38,590 nt of DNA from Octopus bimaculoides (taxonomy: Eukaryota), in the NCBI RefSeq assembly GCF_001194135.2, contig NC_068989.1, positions 60,106,720 to 60,145,309 of the forward strand. Direction: 5' to 3'. The translations under genes were made by a program, and so were the position numbers. This document shows, piece after piece, positions 1 through 11,666 of the stretch (positions within the stretch are counted from its first letter, which is position 1; each line of letters starts with the position of its first letter). The notes under the pieces were generated by a model, which had not been told where the DNA came from, searched no databases, and saw nothing but the letters and a program-made list of their open reading frames with translations.

Positions 1-109
1 TGAACGGTGCATATCAAGCATAGATGTTGTATACCGCTTTGAATGAACATGGAAGGTAACACACCTGACTTCTCACGAAAGATTTTATTGATTAGAACCA
101 TTTAATAAG

Positions 110-354
110 GTCTGAATTCAACAGAATTCTGGGAATATATAAATAATGAAAGGAAATACTACTTCATTGATTGAGAAACAGATCTGAAAAGGAATACATT
201 TTCCCTAATAATTCCAAACCGTATTTTGTAAAAAACCAAAATCCGAACAGCGATTAAAGCAACTGTAGTTCTTATGATTGCGAATTGGTTCGAGAATGGT
301 GCTGCTTATCTAAAATGCACTCCACTTTCGTTCATCTGCAGATATGAACTTTGA
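110..354 (+). pseudogene. Possible decayed C-type-lectin-like domain end (stops and frameshifts)
   Basis: Mixed-frame reading RKYYFID*ETD.. / FPNNSKPYFVKNQNPNSD*SNC / VVLMIANWFENGAAYLKCTPLSFICRYEL* resembles the PN..NC..W..C..FIC end of CTLDs, but needs two frameshifts and has C-x6-C rather than C-x7-C. Confidence 0.3.
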
Positions 355-992
355 TATTAATAATTCAGCTATGTTATATTGGAAAATCACATGGGACTGC
401 CGTCTTTTCTAGTGTAGCTATAAACTCAGACAAGCTAATTTCTTTGAATTTTCGCCAAGAATATATTTTGTATAGGCTTTTAATTTCCGATATCTTGCTT
501 GATAATGACAACATATTTATTCTATATTCTAAAACGCAAACTGCCTTCACTAAGTCAGTTAAAGCATAAGCTATATTTACTTCAATATGTTAATCTCTGA
601 CAAGTTTTTATTTCTCCCAGAGTTTGTGATGTCATGTGGATTGCAGCTGAAAACAGTTCATTGCTTCTTCAGTTCATAACAAAACCACAAACACTTTGAA
701 ATATTTGTAGAAGTATTGACTGGGAGATTAAAAACTCAGGTAAACCATGTGGGTCTACTCTAAACATGCGCCTATAGATTGAAGAGCAACATTTAGGCGC
801 GGGATTGCATTCTTGATAATCACGGTAATCCTATATCTGTGTCATTCCCTGATTAGAGTTTTCTGTGTCTGGAAAACTGCATCGTCCATGTGTTCATATG
901 CTTTGTATTCATCTTTTATGTGAACTCCCACAAAATTGTAAAATGTCTCCTGTGGCAACTAAAAAGGAAATCATCATCAACACCACTATCTT

Positions 993-1310
993 CCTCCTCC
1001 TCCTCCTCCTCCTCCTCCTNNNNNNNNNNNNNNNNNNNNNNNNNNNNNNNNNNNNNNNNNNNNNNNNNNNNNNNNNNNNNNNNNNNNNNNNNNNNNNNNN
1101 NNNNNNNNNNNNNNNNNNNNNNNNNNNNNNNNNNNNNNNNNNNNNNNNNNNNNNNNNNNNNNNNNNNNNNNNNNNNNNNNNNNNNNNNNNNNNNNNNNNN
1201 NNNNNNNNNNNNNNNNNNNNNNNNNNNNNNNNNNNNNNNNNNNNNNNNNNNNNNNNNNNNNNNNNNNNNNNNNNNNNNNNNNNNNNNNNNCATCATCATT
1301 ATTATTATCA
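993..1310. repeat. (CTC)n microsatellite, assembly gap 1020-1290, then (CAT/TAT)n
   Basis: Seen directly in sequence. Confidence 0.95.
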
Positions 1311-2830
1311 CACTTCCGACTTGTGTTACAAGTGTGTAAAGTTTCATATATATTAATCGCGTATAATGTAAATAGGATTTCAACTTGAACCAAGATTTCT
1401 GTCTAATCAATATATTAGTAGACTACATATTTGGTTGATGTGTATAATCGACTACAGTGCCAATTGTACGAGAACTTAGCTCGGAAGTACGCCTGTTTAC
1501 CTTAAATATTGTTTTTGCGTACCTTAGATATGCCAACTGCGTACACATAATATATAAAAATGCATCTACATAAAAAATGACTACAATAAGTACGTAAGGT
1601 TTGTAGTAATATAGATTAGATATTTCTCTTTCAATCTATTAAAAAAAACTTTGTCACAGTCACCACTGCTTATTATATTGTTGAAGAAAAAAATAAAGAC
1701 AATGATTGCTTTTAGTTTTTTATTTTATTTTGTAATACAAATGAAGGAAGTTAGTCTGCTAGAAGCCAGTCTGACGATTAGAAATAACATTTTTAATTTT
1801 TGCTACTTAGTGCAGACATAACAAGAAATAATTGAAAATAAAAAACAAAATGAATGAATTATAAAAAATGGATTTCATAGTTTTTCATATTTATTATTGA
1901 ATAGATGCTTTAAGAAATCTTTAAGCTTCCATCTTGATTCATTTACAGTCTGTCTGATATTGATCGAAGCTAAAGTAACGTTTGTTCTCTGCTAAATATT
2001 GGATAATTCTATTGAATTGTGTTAGGTTCAATAGTTTGAAGTATATAGTCAAAAGGGAAGTTATGCAGTTTGGAAACAACAGCTCAATGTGTTTAAGACT
2101 TTACTAAAATATTTAAGAATATGTAAATGGCCGAATCGACGGAGTAACGAAGTTCCAATTCTGAAACCAACAGTTCGTATCTTTTCACCGGTACTGCGAG
2201 TGATAGTGACTAATCTAAGTAACATCAAGATTTCACAATCTACATGGTTATTACTAACGAATGGCAGGCACAAACATTAGTTCTATAAAAATCTGTCAAC
2301 ACTTGGACAACTTCAGTACTGAGTCTAAAAGAAATGCCTATGTTTCAGGGAGCCACCATTCCACAGCGTAAGGTATTAGTGTGAGATAGAGAAGGCAATA
2401 TGAAAGAGATTTCATACCAGTACTCAACTGTACGACCTCCGCCTCAATTACATTCGAGTGTAATGCACGTCGCTGCTGTTGGCTAATGGAATGTCAGAAC
2501 AAATGTACCTCGTCTATAATAAGCACTGAGTTTTGTTCGAGTAATCTTCGAAGAAAGTGGTGTAACTAACGATGAAACCAGTAGTAATGGAAAACGTAGA
2601 AATGAATTTGGCTCTCCTGAATCACCAAAACACATGCTTCGAAATAGGCTCGCTTTGCCACTGCATTTAGTTTCTGATTTCAGTTATGAGTAACATAATG
2701 ATGGATGATATGCAGCATCTCACCACACGTTAAATACCTCGTATGGATGTGTGCCTCCATATGTGTCCTTGTCATGTCGGAATGTAAACTACCAGAGAAC
2801 GTCGTCGTCAGGGCACCGAAAAACAATACC

Positions 2831-2933
2831 NNNNNNNNNNNNNNNNNNNNNNNNNNNNNNNNNNNNNNNNNNNNNNNNNNNNNNNNNNNNNNNNNNNNNN
2901 NNNNNNNNNNNNNNNNNNNNNNNNNNNNNNNNC

Positions 2934-2968
<35 letters not shown>

Positions 2969-2978
2969 CGACAATAAC
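2831..2978. repeat. Assembly gap followed by (CAA)n microsatellite
   Basis: Seen directly in sequence. Confidence 0.95.
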
Positions 2979-3059
2979 AATTAGACTCCTGGAATATACG
3001 GTGCAGTACAGCTAGATATGGATGGAATGCGTGCCTTAGAGTTGCCACCGAATTTCTCT

Positions 3060-3205
3060 AAATGTAAGAAAGTCAGAAAAATTGAGTGTACCAGGCTTAA
3101 ACAAAAGTACTGTGTTCACTTCATTCAACAAAAACTTATTTAAGGTGGTGCTCCAGCATGGTCTCAGTCTAATGACTGAAAGAAGTAAAAAGTAAAGGGT
3201 AAACC
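3060..3205 (+). mobile_element. Degenerate 3' part of SINE family C
   Basis: AAGGTGGTGCTCCAGCATGGTCTCAGTCTAATGACTGAAAGAAGTAAAA matches the reverse complement of 20035-20090 (copy at 20030-20275). Confidence 0.75.
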
Positions 3206-3830
3206 CACAAAAATACATACGTACATTCATGCTAGGAAGATAGAGGAACAACTTGGCTTAGAATTTCTTGCGCATTCTTTATAATGCATGCCTTTTACAC
3301 ATTTTATTAAATACACATAAGCCAACATGTAAAAAGTTCCCATGCCTGAAATCGAAAATAAGAAATATTTATATAAAAAAGAAAAACAGCCTACAAACCT
3401 CACCTCCTTTAACACATACATTAAATGTTATAAATAGCAACCAAATATTTTCAAGAACGATGATCCACTAGAGACAAATATGCTGTTCAAAAACCTCTAA
3501 ACCTACCTACAAACTCTTGTGATTATTAAAAACTTGCTAAACAAATTCTCCATACTAATATCACTGTCGCATACCTAAATGGTAACCTACACTCTAAGTA
3601 TAAACAGGGAAAATACCATAAATATTTCCAACCTGCAAGCCAAATAAACTCTACCACCTACCTACATTCCTTTGTGAATCCTTAAATACCAGTCGCCTAA
3701 AAGCTAACATACCAGGAAAATACACTTAACTGCTCAAGTTAAGGCATTCAGATTCTCGAATCAAAAGGTGAAAATCCTATTAATATCTAAATAAAACCAA
3801 CAAAAAACAAACTTTGTGATAGGTCTGACT

Positions 3831-4220
3831 TATTGTTGTTGGCACTCCGTCGCTTACGACGTCGAGGGTTCCAGTTGATCCGATCAACGGAACAGCCTGC
3901 TCGTGAAATTAACGTGCAAGTGGCTGAGCACTCCACAGACACGTGTACCCTTAATGTAGTTGTCGGGGAGATTCAGCGTGACACAGTGTGACAAGGCTGA
4001 CCCTTTGAATTACAGGCACAACAGAAACAGGAAGTAAGAGTGAGAGAAAGTTGTGGTGGAAGAGTACAGCAGGGTTCGCCACCATCCCCTGCCGGAGCCT
4101 CGTGGAGCTTTTAGGTGTTTTCGCTCAATAAACACTCACAACGCCCGGTTTGGGAATCGAAACTGCGATCCTATGACCGCAAATCCGCTGCCTTAACCTC
4201 TGGGCCATTGCGCCTCCACC
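3831..4220 (-). mobile_element. Full-length tRNA-derived SINE (family A) with target-site duplication
   Basis: Minus-strand tRNA-like head (GTGGAGGCGCAATGGCCCAGAGGTTAAGGCAGCGG...GTTTCGATTCCC), (CAA)n tail, and TSD GAyAGGTCTGACT at 3818-3830 and 4221-4233. Confidence 0.9.
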
Positions 4221-4669
4221 GACAGGTCTGACTAACAGCTTTACAACATTCTTTTGTTAATCATTTTGACTTTAAGTGTGTGTACCTAATTAGGTGTGTA
4301 CTTAAACGTACACTCCTAATTACGAAATTATGCATGTATGGATAAATTCTAACCACCAGTACTTACCCAAATGTAATCAATAAAAATTATCTATACCATT
4401 TTACCGGCACAACCTACCATGCAACCTAATTATCATTGAAGAGAACTCAGGTTACCGTAGAAAATTTTTTTGGACTCAAACAAGGACTATGTAAATGATT
4501 TGCAGTTCGACGATGGCTTAGCTGGCTGAAACTTCGAAGTCACTGCCAGTACTGTCCTTGTTGAAGAATAATAAATTTGAAGTCTATCAAATATATTGAG
4601 TATCTTTTCAGTTTATTGTAAAATTGTTTTTATTATAACTTAAAAATAAGTAACGATATGCGTATACAT

Positions 4670-4759
<90 letters not shown>

Positions 4760-4778
4760 GCGCGCGCACACACACACA
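4670..4778. repeat. (CA)n microsatellite
   Basis: Seen directly in sequence. Confidence 0.98.
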
Positions 4779-5424
4779 TCTGTTCGGATATGTAAATTTG
4801 GATATAGATATATGTATATGTTTCTCAGGGTGTCCAATTATACGTATATTAGTATTATATAAGTGTATGTATATAGAAGTATTACATAATTAGATATATA
4901 CGTGCTTATGTTCCATTATAAACAAACGTAGATATGTATACACGTATGTGCGCACGTACCTACAGTTCTCTTTGCTGTTCTCCTTTTTATACTCTCAGTA
5001 TTTATACTACTTCCTTCTTTCCATTTTCTTCCTGGCTCATCTTATTTCTGTTCACAACTTAAAATAGCCATAGAGATATTTCTTCATATGTCACTAAAAT
5101 ATCCAAGGAGTTTGGAAGCCCCACAAAACTTTACGCTCTGAGAAAGGCAGCTAAGGCGAACCTTTGAAATCACTGCCAACATTTTCCTTGCAAAACCAAA
5201 AGTGATACTCTGCTTAGATGTATTAAGTGTTCATTCACTTAATATTTGACTATCTTTATATAGAAATCTGTTTATAAAAATAAGCATTGTATATGTATGA
5301 ACTACAGTCATCACACGCAAGCGAGTATTTCTTGAAATCACGTAACATTTGACTTATTGCAGCTGGGGTAATCATTTTCACGTAACATTCGGATTACAGC
5401 AGCTGGGTGTCTTCATTGCAGGTA

Positions 5425-6686
5425 GAGGAAGGCGAGGCAAGTTGAGCCAACGTTTGATCTAGGCACGTTAGGACTGAAATGACTGAAGGTCTTGCAGAAA
5501 TGAATATTTTTACTTTCAAATTTAGCTCTTGGAAATCATTTGTAGCTAGTTCTAACTTTCCACCTTCACACTGAAAGTCACCGTGACCTTTGAAAAAATG
5601 AGTGTCAAATGGTTCAACATACCCCACCTATGGGGTAAGTGCTTCCAAGATCTGGGTAAGTTGTACCACACAAGGGTATGTTGGTTAGTGCCCCAAATAA
5701 ACATAACTGAAGCACAAGACCATTGTTCTGTCTGAAAAATATTTTTAACACTGAACGAAATGGTTGTCTTGTACTCAGGGTTATAGTAGTCAGTTAAAAA
5801 CAAAGTGAATCATAGAAAAGTCAAGATTGTCAACTGTGGTAAGTCGACTCAGTTCAACTGTCACAGTTTTAAGTCATAATTAAGGAAAATGCCAACATCT
5901 GGTTATGGCAACTAAAGCACAATATCTTGCTCATCAATGCCAGCTTCATCATTTGGATAGGGGAATAGATGTTAGAAATCAAGTCGATTAAGCTGCCACA
6001 CTGACAAGTCATGGTTGAATATAAGCTAGCCAGAACAATGAGAAGACTGCCAATGTTCTTAGGCTGTGGAAGTAAGTGTGCTACGTCTACCAGTTCAAAA
6101 CCTGATTCATCCTTTGGATTTGTAACAAACACTGAGTTGTCAGCTCCAACTTTTCCGGCAACCTTTTACAGGAAGACATTCGAACTGAAATTCTTCTCTA
6201 TTGAGTATATTGACCCGGGCAATGTAATGCACATTTGACAACCACAAAGTCACCTATAATGATATCTACCACTGGTCGGTTGAAAGCTGAGCCATGGCTC
6301 AACTTGCTCCATAAGGTCTGGCTCAACTTACCTCAAACTGAACTTCCTGAGGGGTCTACACAGGCACACATTACTTATGCGTCCATTGTGTGAAAGGCTA
6401 TGGCAAACGTTGAGGCCCATACCCGGGCTAGCAATTGTTCCATATGCTGCATATGGAAGAAACAAGCGCTTACCTGTTTCACACTTTTTAACTTTCATGA
6501 CTAAAAATCGAAATTTTCGCTCTGTGACACTAGTTTCTGTTTCAATCTTGAAAACAATATGGTGGGATTTGGATTAATGTAGTTGATCATCCATAGATGG
6601 CATCACAGCTCTGGCTAGCTCATTCATAACTGGGTGGGAAGTGGTGGCTCAACTTAACCCTATGTTCAACTTGCCTTACCTTTCCC
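5425..6686. mobile_element. Non-autonomous or decayed TIR DNA transposon flanked by TA (Tc1/mariner-pogo-like by TSD)
   Basis: Left end GAGGAAGGCGAGGCAAGTTGAGC vs right end reverse complement GGGAAAGGTAAGGCAAGTTGAAC (18/23 match). TA at 5423-5424 and 6687-6688. Internal repeats of the AAGTTGAGCCA/TGGCTCAACTT motif. Confidence 0.75.
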
Positions 6687-8002
6687 TACTCATCTTCATC
6701 TACCTGGACTGGAATAATTTGGAACGAAATTTCTTGTTGAAGGATACAAGGCATCACCGGTTGTGGAATAGAATCAATGATATTACGATTGTGAACCCCA
6801 AATCTTACTCATGAGATCACGGACCATATACGTTTATATTTATATATTTATCAATATCGAATGACTGATTGCCTTTTTGATAAAGGGACTACACAGCAAG
6901 AAGCATCTGTAGTGATAGCAGTGAATAAAATGTAGTTGAAATATTCTAAAGAATTATTTAGACTTAGTTACTAATGGTCAATGAACTATATTATGTTTGA
7001 TGTCACAAACTCAACATTTAATGGTTAGCAAAGTTAACGGAGGAACGAAAGCAGTAAGTAGTATTTTATCAGTTAAAACATTAACCAGATCCTATAATTA
7101 GTTTATCTTTGAGAAATAGGGAATTTTCTGAATAATATCTTAATTTAGAGTTTTCAGCAATAGAAATAAGGATAGATGAAATCTGTTAAACACAAAAAAA
7201 ACAAACGAAGAAAAAAAAAAAGCAACAACAAGAAAAAAAAAACACAATAAAAAAAACAAACAAAAACAAAAAGAAATGGAAACAGTACGTTTCTGCACGA
7301 CTTGAAAATACAGATGTCATAAAAACAACTAAATATTTACTATTTCTCCTTTCTTCTGAATATATTTCATTATCAGTCTAAGTCCTTTATCTCTAGATCA
7401 TTTTCTTCGAGCCAGGAATTAACTTTTGATCACATTTAAATTAAAATGTAGACATGAATATTCTTAAGAATTACAATTAACTACGTAAAATTTAATCTTT
7501 TTCTCCGTGACGGTTTTAAATTGCTTAACATCTATAAAGTGAAGGCAACAAAATAGAGGAAGGTACTTTATTTATCTTTCAGATTCTCTTTGTCTGTAGA
7601 GAGTTCTAGAAGTGTCGAACAAAGATGCAGAACATAATCAAAACGTCATATGATTTATACAAAAAAAAAAAAAGAGCTTTTGTTCTTCCATTAATTTTAT
7701 TGAAATACTTGAAGTCAGTATATGATTACAGCTTTAAAGAAGACATTTCTTGTATACTACAGCTTTTTCAGGTCATAACATACAAAAGAATGAAGAATTT
7801 TGTCTTTTATTGATTCATCTGCAGCAAAGACAGAGCAGCTATTTAATGATACGCCTTTATCAGTGACACATACTGAATATATTTTCCTCTTTAACATTGT
7901 CTCTCTATCACGTCTTTTCCTCTCAGTTTATCGCTTTCTCTTCTTCTTTTTTGTTAAATTCTCTTTCTGTCTAAGTATCTCTCTCTGTTATGCTGTTTTC
8001 CT

Positions 8003-8003
<1 letters not shown>

Positions 8004-8089
<86 letters not shown>

Positions 8090-8125
8090 CCTACCTACCT
8101 ATCTACCTACTTACCTACCTACCTA

Positions 8126-8159
<34 letters not shown>

Positions 8160-8212
8160 NNNNNNNNNNNNNNNNNNNNNNNNNNNNNNNNNNNNNNNNN
8201 NNNNNNNNNNNN

Positions 8213-8263
<51 letters not shown>

Positions 8264-8264
8264 T

Positions 8265-8331
<67 letters not shown>

Positions 8332-8382
8332 TTACCTACCTACCAACCTACCTACCTACCTGTCTGTCTGTCTGTTTGTCGG

Positions 8383-8463
<81 letters not shown>
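8004..8463. repeat. Compound tetranucleotide microsatellite (TATC)n(TACC)n(TGTC)n with internal gap 8160-8212
   Basis: Seen directly; explains ORFs 7800-8692. Confidence 0.97.
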
Positions 8464-8464
<1 letters not shown>

Positions 8465-8926
8465 CCCTCCTATTTTTATAGTTCATCCTTTTACTCTTAT
8501 TCATTCTATCTCTTCATCTTTTCTAAGTATTTCACTCTCTGTTTCTGCTTGTTTATCATCCTGTCTCTTTCTCTACTCATTTCTCTCTTTACCCCTCTTT
8601 TTCGCTTACATTCTGAATATATGTTCAAACATTGTTTCAAAGATTTTTCTTTATATTTAATCCTAATCTCCTGCCAAGCAAGGAGTCTCTAAATGGTCAC
8701 GTGACCTACTAAATAGATTAGCCAACAAAATCTCCAAATTACTCAACTGTCTTAAAGATGGGAAATGGAAGGACAGATAAGTTATTGCAGTCGTAGACAA
8801 ACCAGGCCATCAAGAAGACTGGATGACCATGGATGGAACGTCTGTTATCATAGGATCCTGCGAAAAGAGTTCTTTGGGATGCCCAGCAATAGCGACAGAT
8901 CTGATTGTCATTATTACTAACATGTA

Positions 8927-9146
8927 AGACGATGAGTTGGCAGAATTGTTAGCACGCTAGGCACAATTCATAACGGTATTTCTTCCATCTGTACGTTCTG
9001 AGTTCAAATTCCGCCGAGGTCGACTTTGCCTTTCATCCTTTCGGGGTCGACAAATTAAGTACCAATCAAGTACTGGGGTCTATGTAATCGACTTATCCCC
9101 TTCTCCAAAATTTCTGCCCTTGTGGCAAAATTTGAAACTATTATTA
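8927..9146 (+). mobile_element. SINE family B copy with type-A tail (TTGTGGCAAAATTTGAAAC)
   Basis: GAGTTGGCAGAATTGTTAGCACG...GAGTTCAAATTCCGCCGAGGTCGACTTTGCCTTTCATCCTTTCGGGGTCG matches 29710-29956 and the minus-strand copies. Confidence 0.9.
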
Positions 9147-9883
9147 CCAACATGTACACACACACACACACGCACCCGTACTCACTCCTACACGGTAATA
9201 TAAATAGTATCCACTGCATTAAATTGTACAAGCGAATCTACCCATCTACGATGGAGGCATAAGATGAGAGAGGGAAGTAATAACGGCAATATGTATTGAG
9301 AAATGTGTAAATGGACTTGATAGATAACTGGGTGATGTCTTAGCGAAATCACATTATTGTTGGTAATACAGCATTGTATTGCAGCTATATGATATGTGTT
9401 TGCGACTAAGTGACATGTGATGACGATTCACTCCCGAACTGAAATAGGCTCCCAGCCTCTATATCATCAATGGTTATGTGGACCACTCCTAACGAAGGCC
9501 AGCGCTTCCTTCGACCACTATATAAAAGTATTAAGAAGAAAAATGTTATTTAGATATACTTTAGTTGTTTACACTATTTTACGCTTGTTTATACTCTTAT
9601 ACATTCAAAGTTAACGAATTTCCTTATTTGAATTATGAATCATATTCCTTTCGATAATATCAATATGATTACAAAACTTCTTTATAGACGATATTTTCTG
9701 TTTGGTCGACACAAATTTTCAAATTACTGGAGTCCGTTGCTCTACTCATAGCGACGTGGAACTGGCCGTGTATAAACATCGGAGTGGGTAAAAATACACA
9801 GACACGATCTGGTGCTGTGCCTTGTTAGCTGTGAATGTGCGAGCAGATTCTTTAGGGTTGCAAAAAATCAAACTAAGACTTAC

Positions 9884-9953
9884 CTCTCACTGTTCTATGC
9901 GAATAATGTCTGGATGTTCTGGTACCATGGGTTATTTTGATTGACAAAACTGA
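9884..9953 (-). promoter_or_regulatory. Candidate Inr (TCAGTT) plus short non-coding first exon with consensus donor AG|GTAAGT
   Basis: AACTGA at 9948-9953; GACTTAC|CTC at 9877-9886; locally CpG-richer sequence. No downstream exon identified. Confidence 0.3.
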
Positions 9954-10824
9954 GATGTAAAGAACAGCCGCTTCGATTAGTCGTTTCGAATCCTGCTCGA
10001 GACAAACACTTCAATAACCACTAAATAATCACACACACTATATACTGACACACACTTTATCCATTTTATTTTCGCTACTAACCGTCTTCGCGATCCCTTC
10101 ATATCTACGGTGGGGCCAGAGTTACACGTGGTTGGTGAATTTTTAATAAAAATACGAAGATAGCTCATCAATGCTAAAAACCTTCCTGACCACCATCTTT
10201 GTAATCCTGAAAAATATCGTAACTCTTGGTCTAGCTGTCTGGCCGTGAAGAGTGAACAGACAAAGAGACAGGCAGAGGGACATTCCAACGAGCATAACGC
10301 CCATTATAGTAAGATAGCAAATCTACCCATCTACAATGGGACATAAAAGGATAGTTTCGCAAATCTGAACCTTCTAAATTCACGAACTATACGGGGTGGG
10401 GTTGGGAGAAGAATCCAGAGTTAATTCTCGTCACCGGAATTTTAGCAAAAAAAAAAAAAAAAANNNNNNNNNNNNNNNNNNNNNNNNNNNNNNNNNNNNN
10501 NNNNNNNNNNNNNNNNNNNNNNNNNNNNNNNNNNNNNNNNNNNNNNNNNNNNNNNNNNNNNNNNNNNNNNNNNNNNNNNNNNNNNNNNNNNNNNNNNNNN
10601 NNNNNNNNNNNNNNNNNNNNNNNNNNNNNNNNNNNNNNNNNNNNNNNNNNNNNNNNNNNNNNNNNNNNNNNNNNNNNNNNNNNNNNNNNNNNNNNNNNNN
10701 NNNNNNNNNNNNNNNNNNNNNNNNNNNNNNNNNNNNNNNNNNNNNNNNNNNNNNNNNNNNNNNNNNNNNNNNNNNNNNNNNNNNNNNNNNNNNNNNNNNN
10801 NNNNNNNNNNNNNNNNNNNNNNNN

Positions 10825-10911
10825 AGTACTAGGGATAAGTTGATTACATAGACCCTAGTACTTTATTGGTACTTAATTTGTCGACCCCGAAAGGATGAAA
10901 GGCAAAGTCGA
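10825..10911 (-). mobile_element. SINE family B fragment next to gap 10464-10824
   Basis: TGGTACTTAATTTGTCGACCCCGAAAGGATGAAAGGCAAAGTCGA matches the core of the other copies. Confidence 0.85.
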
Positions 10912-11588
10912 ACAAGTCACTGTATTGAAGGTAGAAATGACAAAGAGAGAAGACCGTTTGTCTCTGAGTCAGAAGATGGAGAGCAGCCTTTAGAATCTGG
11001 AGTAACTGAATCTAGTCTGATTGAGGCATTTTATCAAAAGGGGCTCGTGAAATCCGAGTCGATAGCCAACCGAAGAGTTGTTGTCTGACTGAAAATCATA
11101 CAACTGTCAATAAATTTGCATCTAGAAATAAGTTGTGTGTGTGTGTGTGTGTAGTAGTAGTAGTAGCATGTGCATGTTTCAATATAATCTAATTAACATT
11201 GATAGCAAAATTATTTCCCTACTTTACATTTCTAGTCATGCTAGAAAATTCTATAGATCTAATTGAAACAATTGTATCTGTGGCCGTGTATGGAAGTATT
11301 AAAATCGTCAGTGTCTTCATCCATGAATCGTTCCTTTTTAGGTACAGTTGCATTTTGATGCCTTCTCCTTACCATCCTACTCGCGCTTTTCCCCTTTAGC
11401 TTTCCTTGAGACTCTGGCTTTTAATACCTTCTCTCTCCTTTTTCCCATGTTTTTCTTCTTTGTCCACCTTGTGTTCCAGACTTCCGATCCTAACACATCA
11501 TCTCCTGCTTTGGATCACTCACTCCACTCCTCACTCTTATATCTTTTCTTAATCTCAATTCCACTCCCGTCGATTCCAATCGAATTAG

Positions 11589-11666
11589 ACAAAGATTGTG
11601 CACTGAGACTTTGCGAGGGATATAGTGTTACAGCAGTTAAATCGAACTATGGACCGCTTTGTCCAG
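11589..11666 (+). CDS. Candidate internal exon, phase 1-1: (D)KDCALRLCEGYSVTAVKSNYGPLCP(G)
   Basis: Bounded by TTAG| and AG|GTAAAG, 78 nt, open, Cys-containing, preceded by a long pyrimidine-rich tract. Confidence 0.35.

Noticed and set aside
865-1410. ORFs of 135-164 aa spanning the first gap
   Set aside because: Open only because of N-runs and trinucleotide repeats.
2061-2830. Cys-rich fragments suggesting lectin/PAN relics, and a signal-peptide-like ORF 2705-2977
   Set aside because: Require multiple frameshifts, have no coherent splice sites, and run into a gap and (CAA)n.
2981-3205. Apparent CTLD-like peptide (GWNACLRV..AWSQSND)
   Set aside because: The 3' part is the family C SINE tail, so the motif similarity is coincidental.
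7800-8692. 286-aa and related ORFs
   Set aside because: Translation of tetranucleotide microsatellites (IYLS/VCLS repeats).
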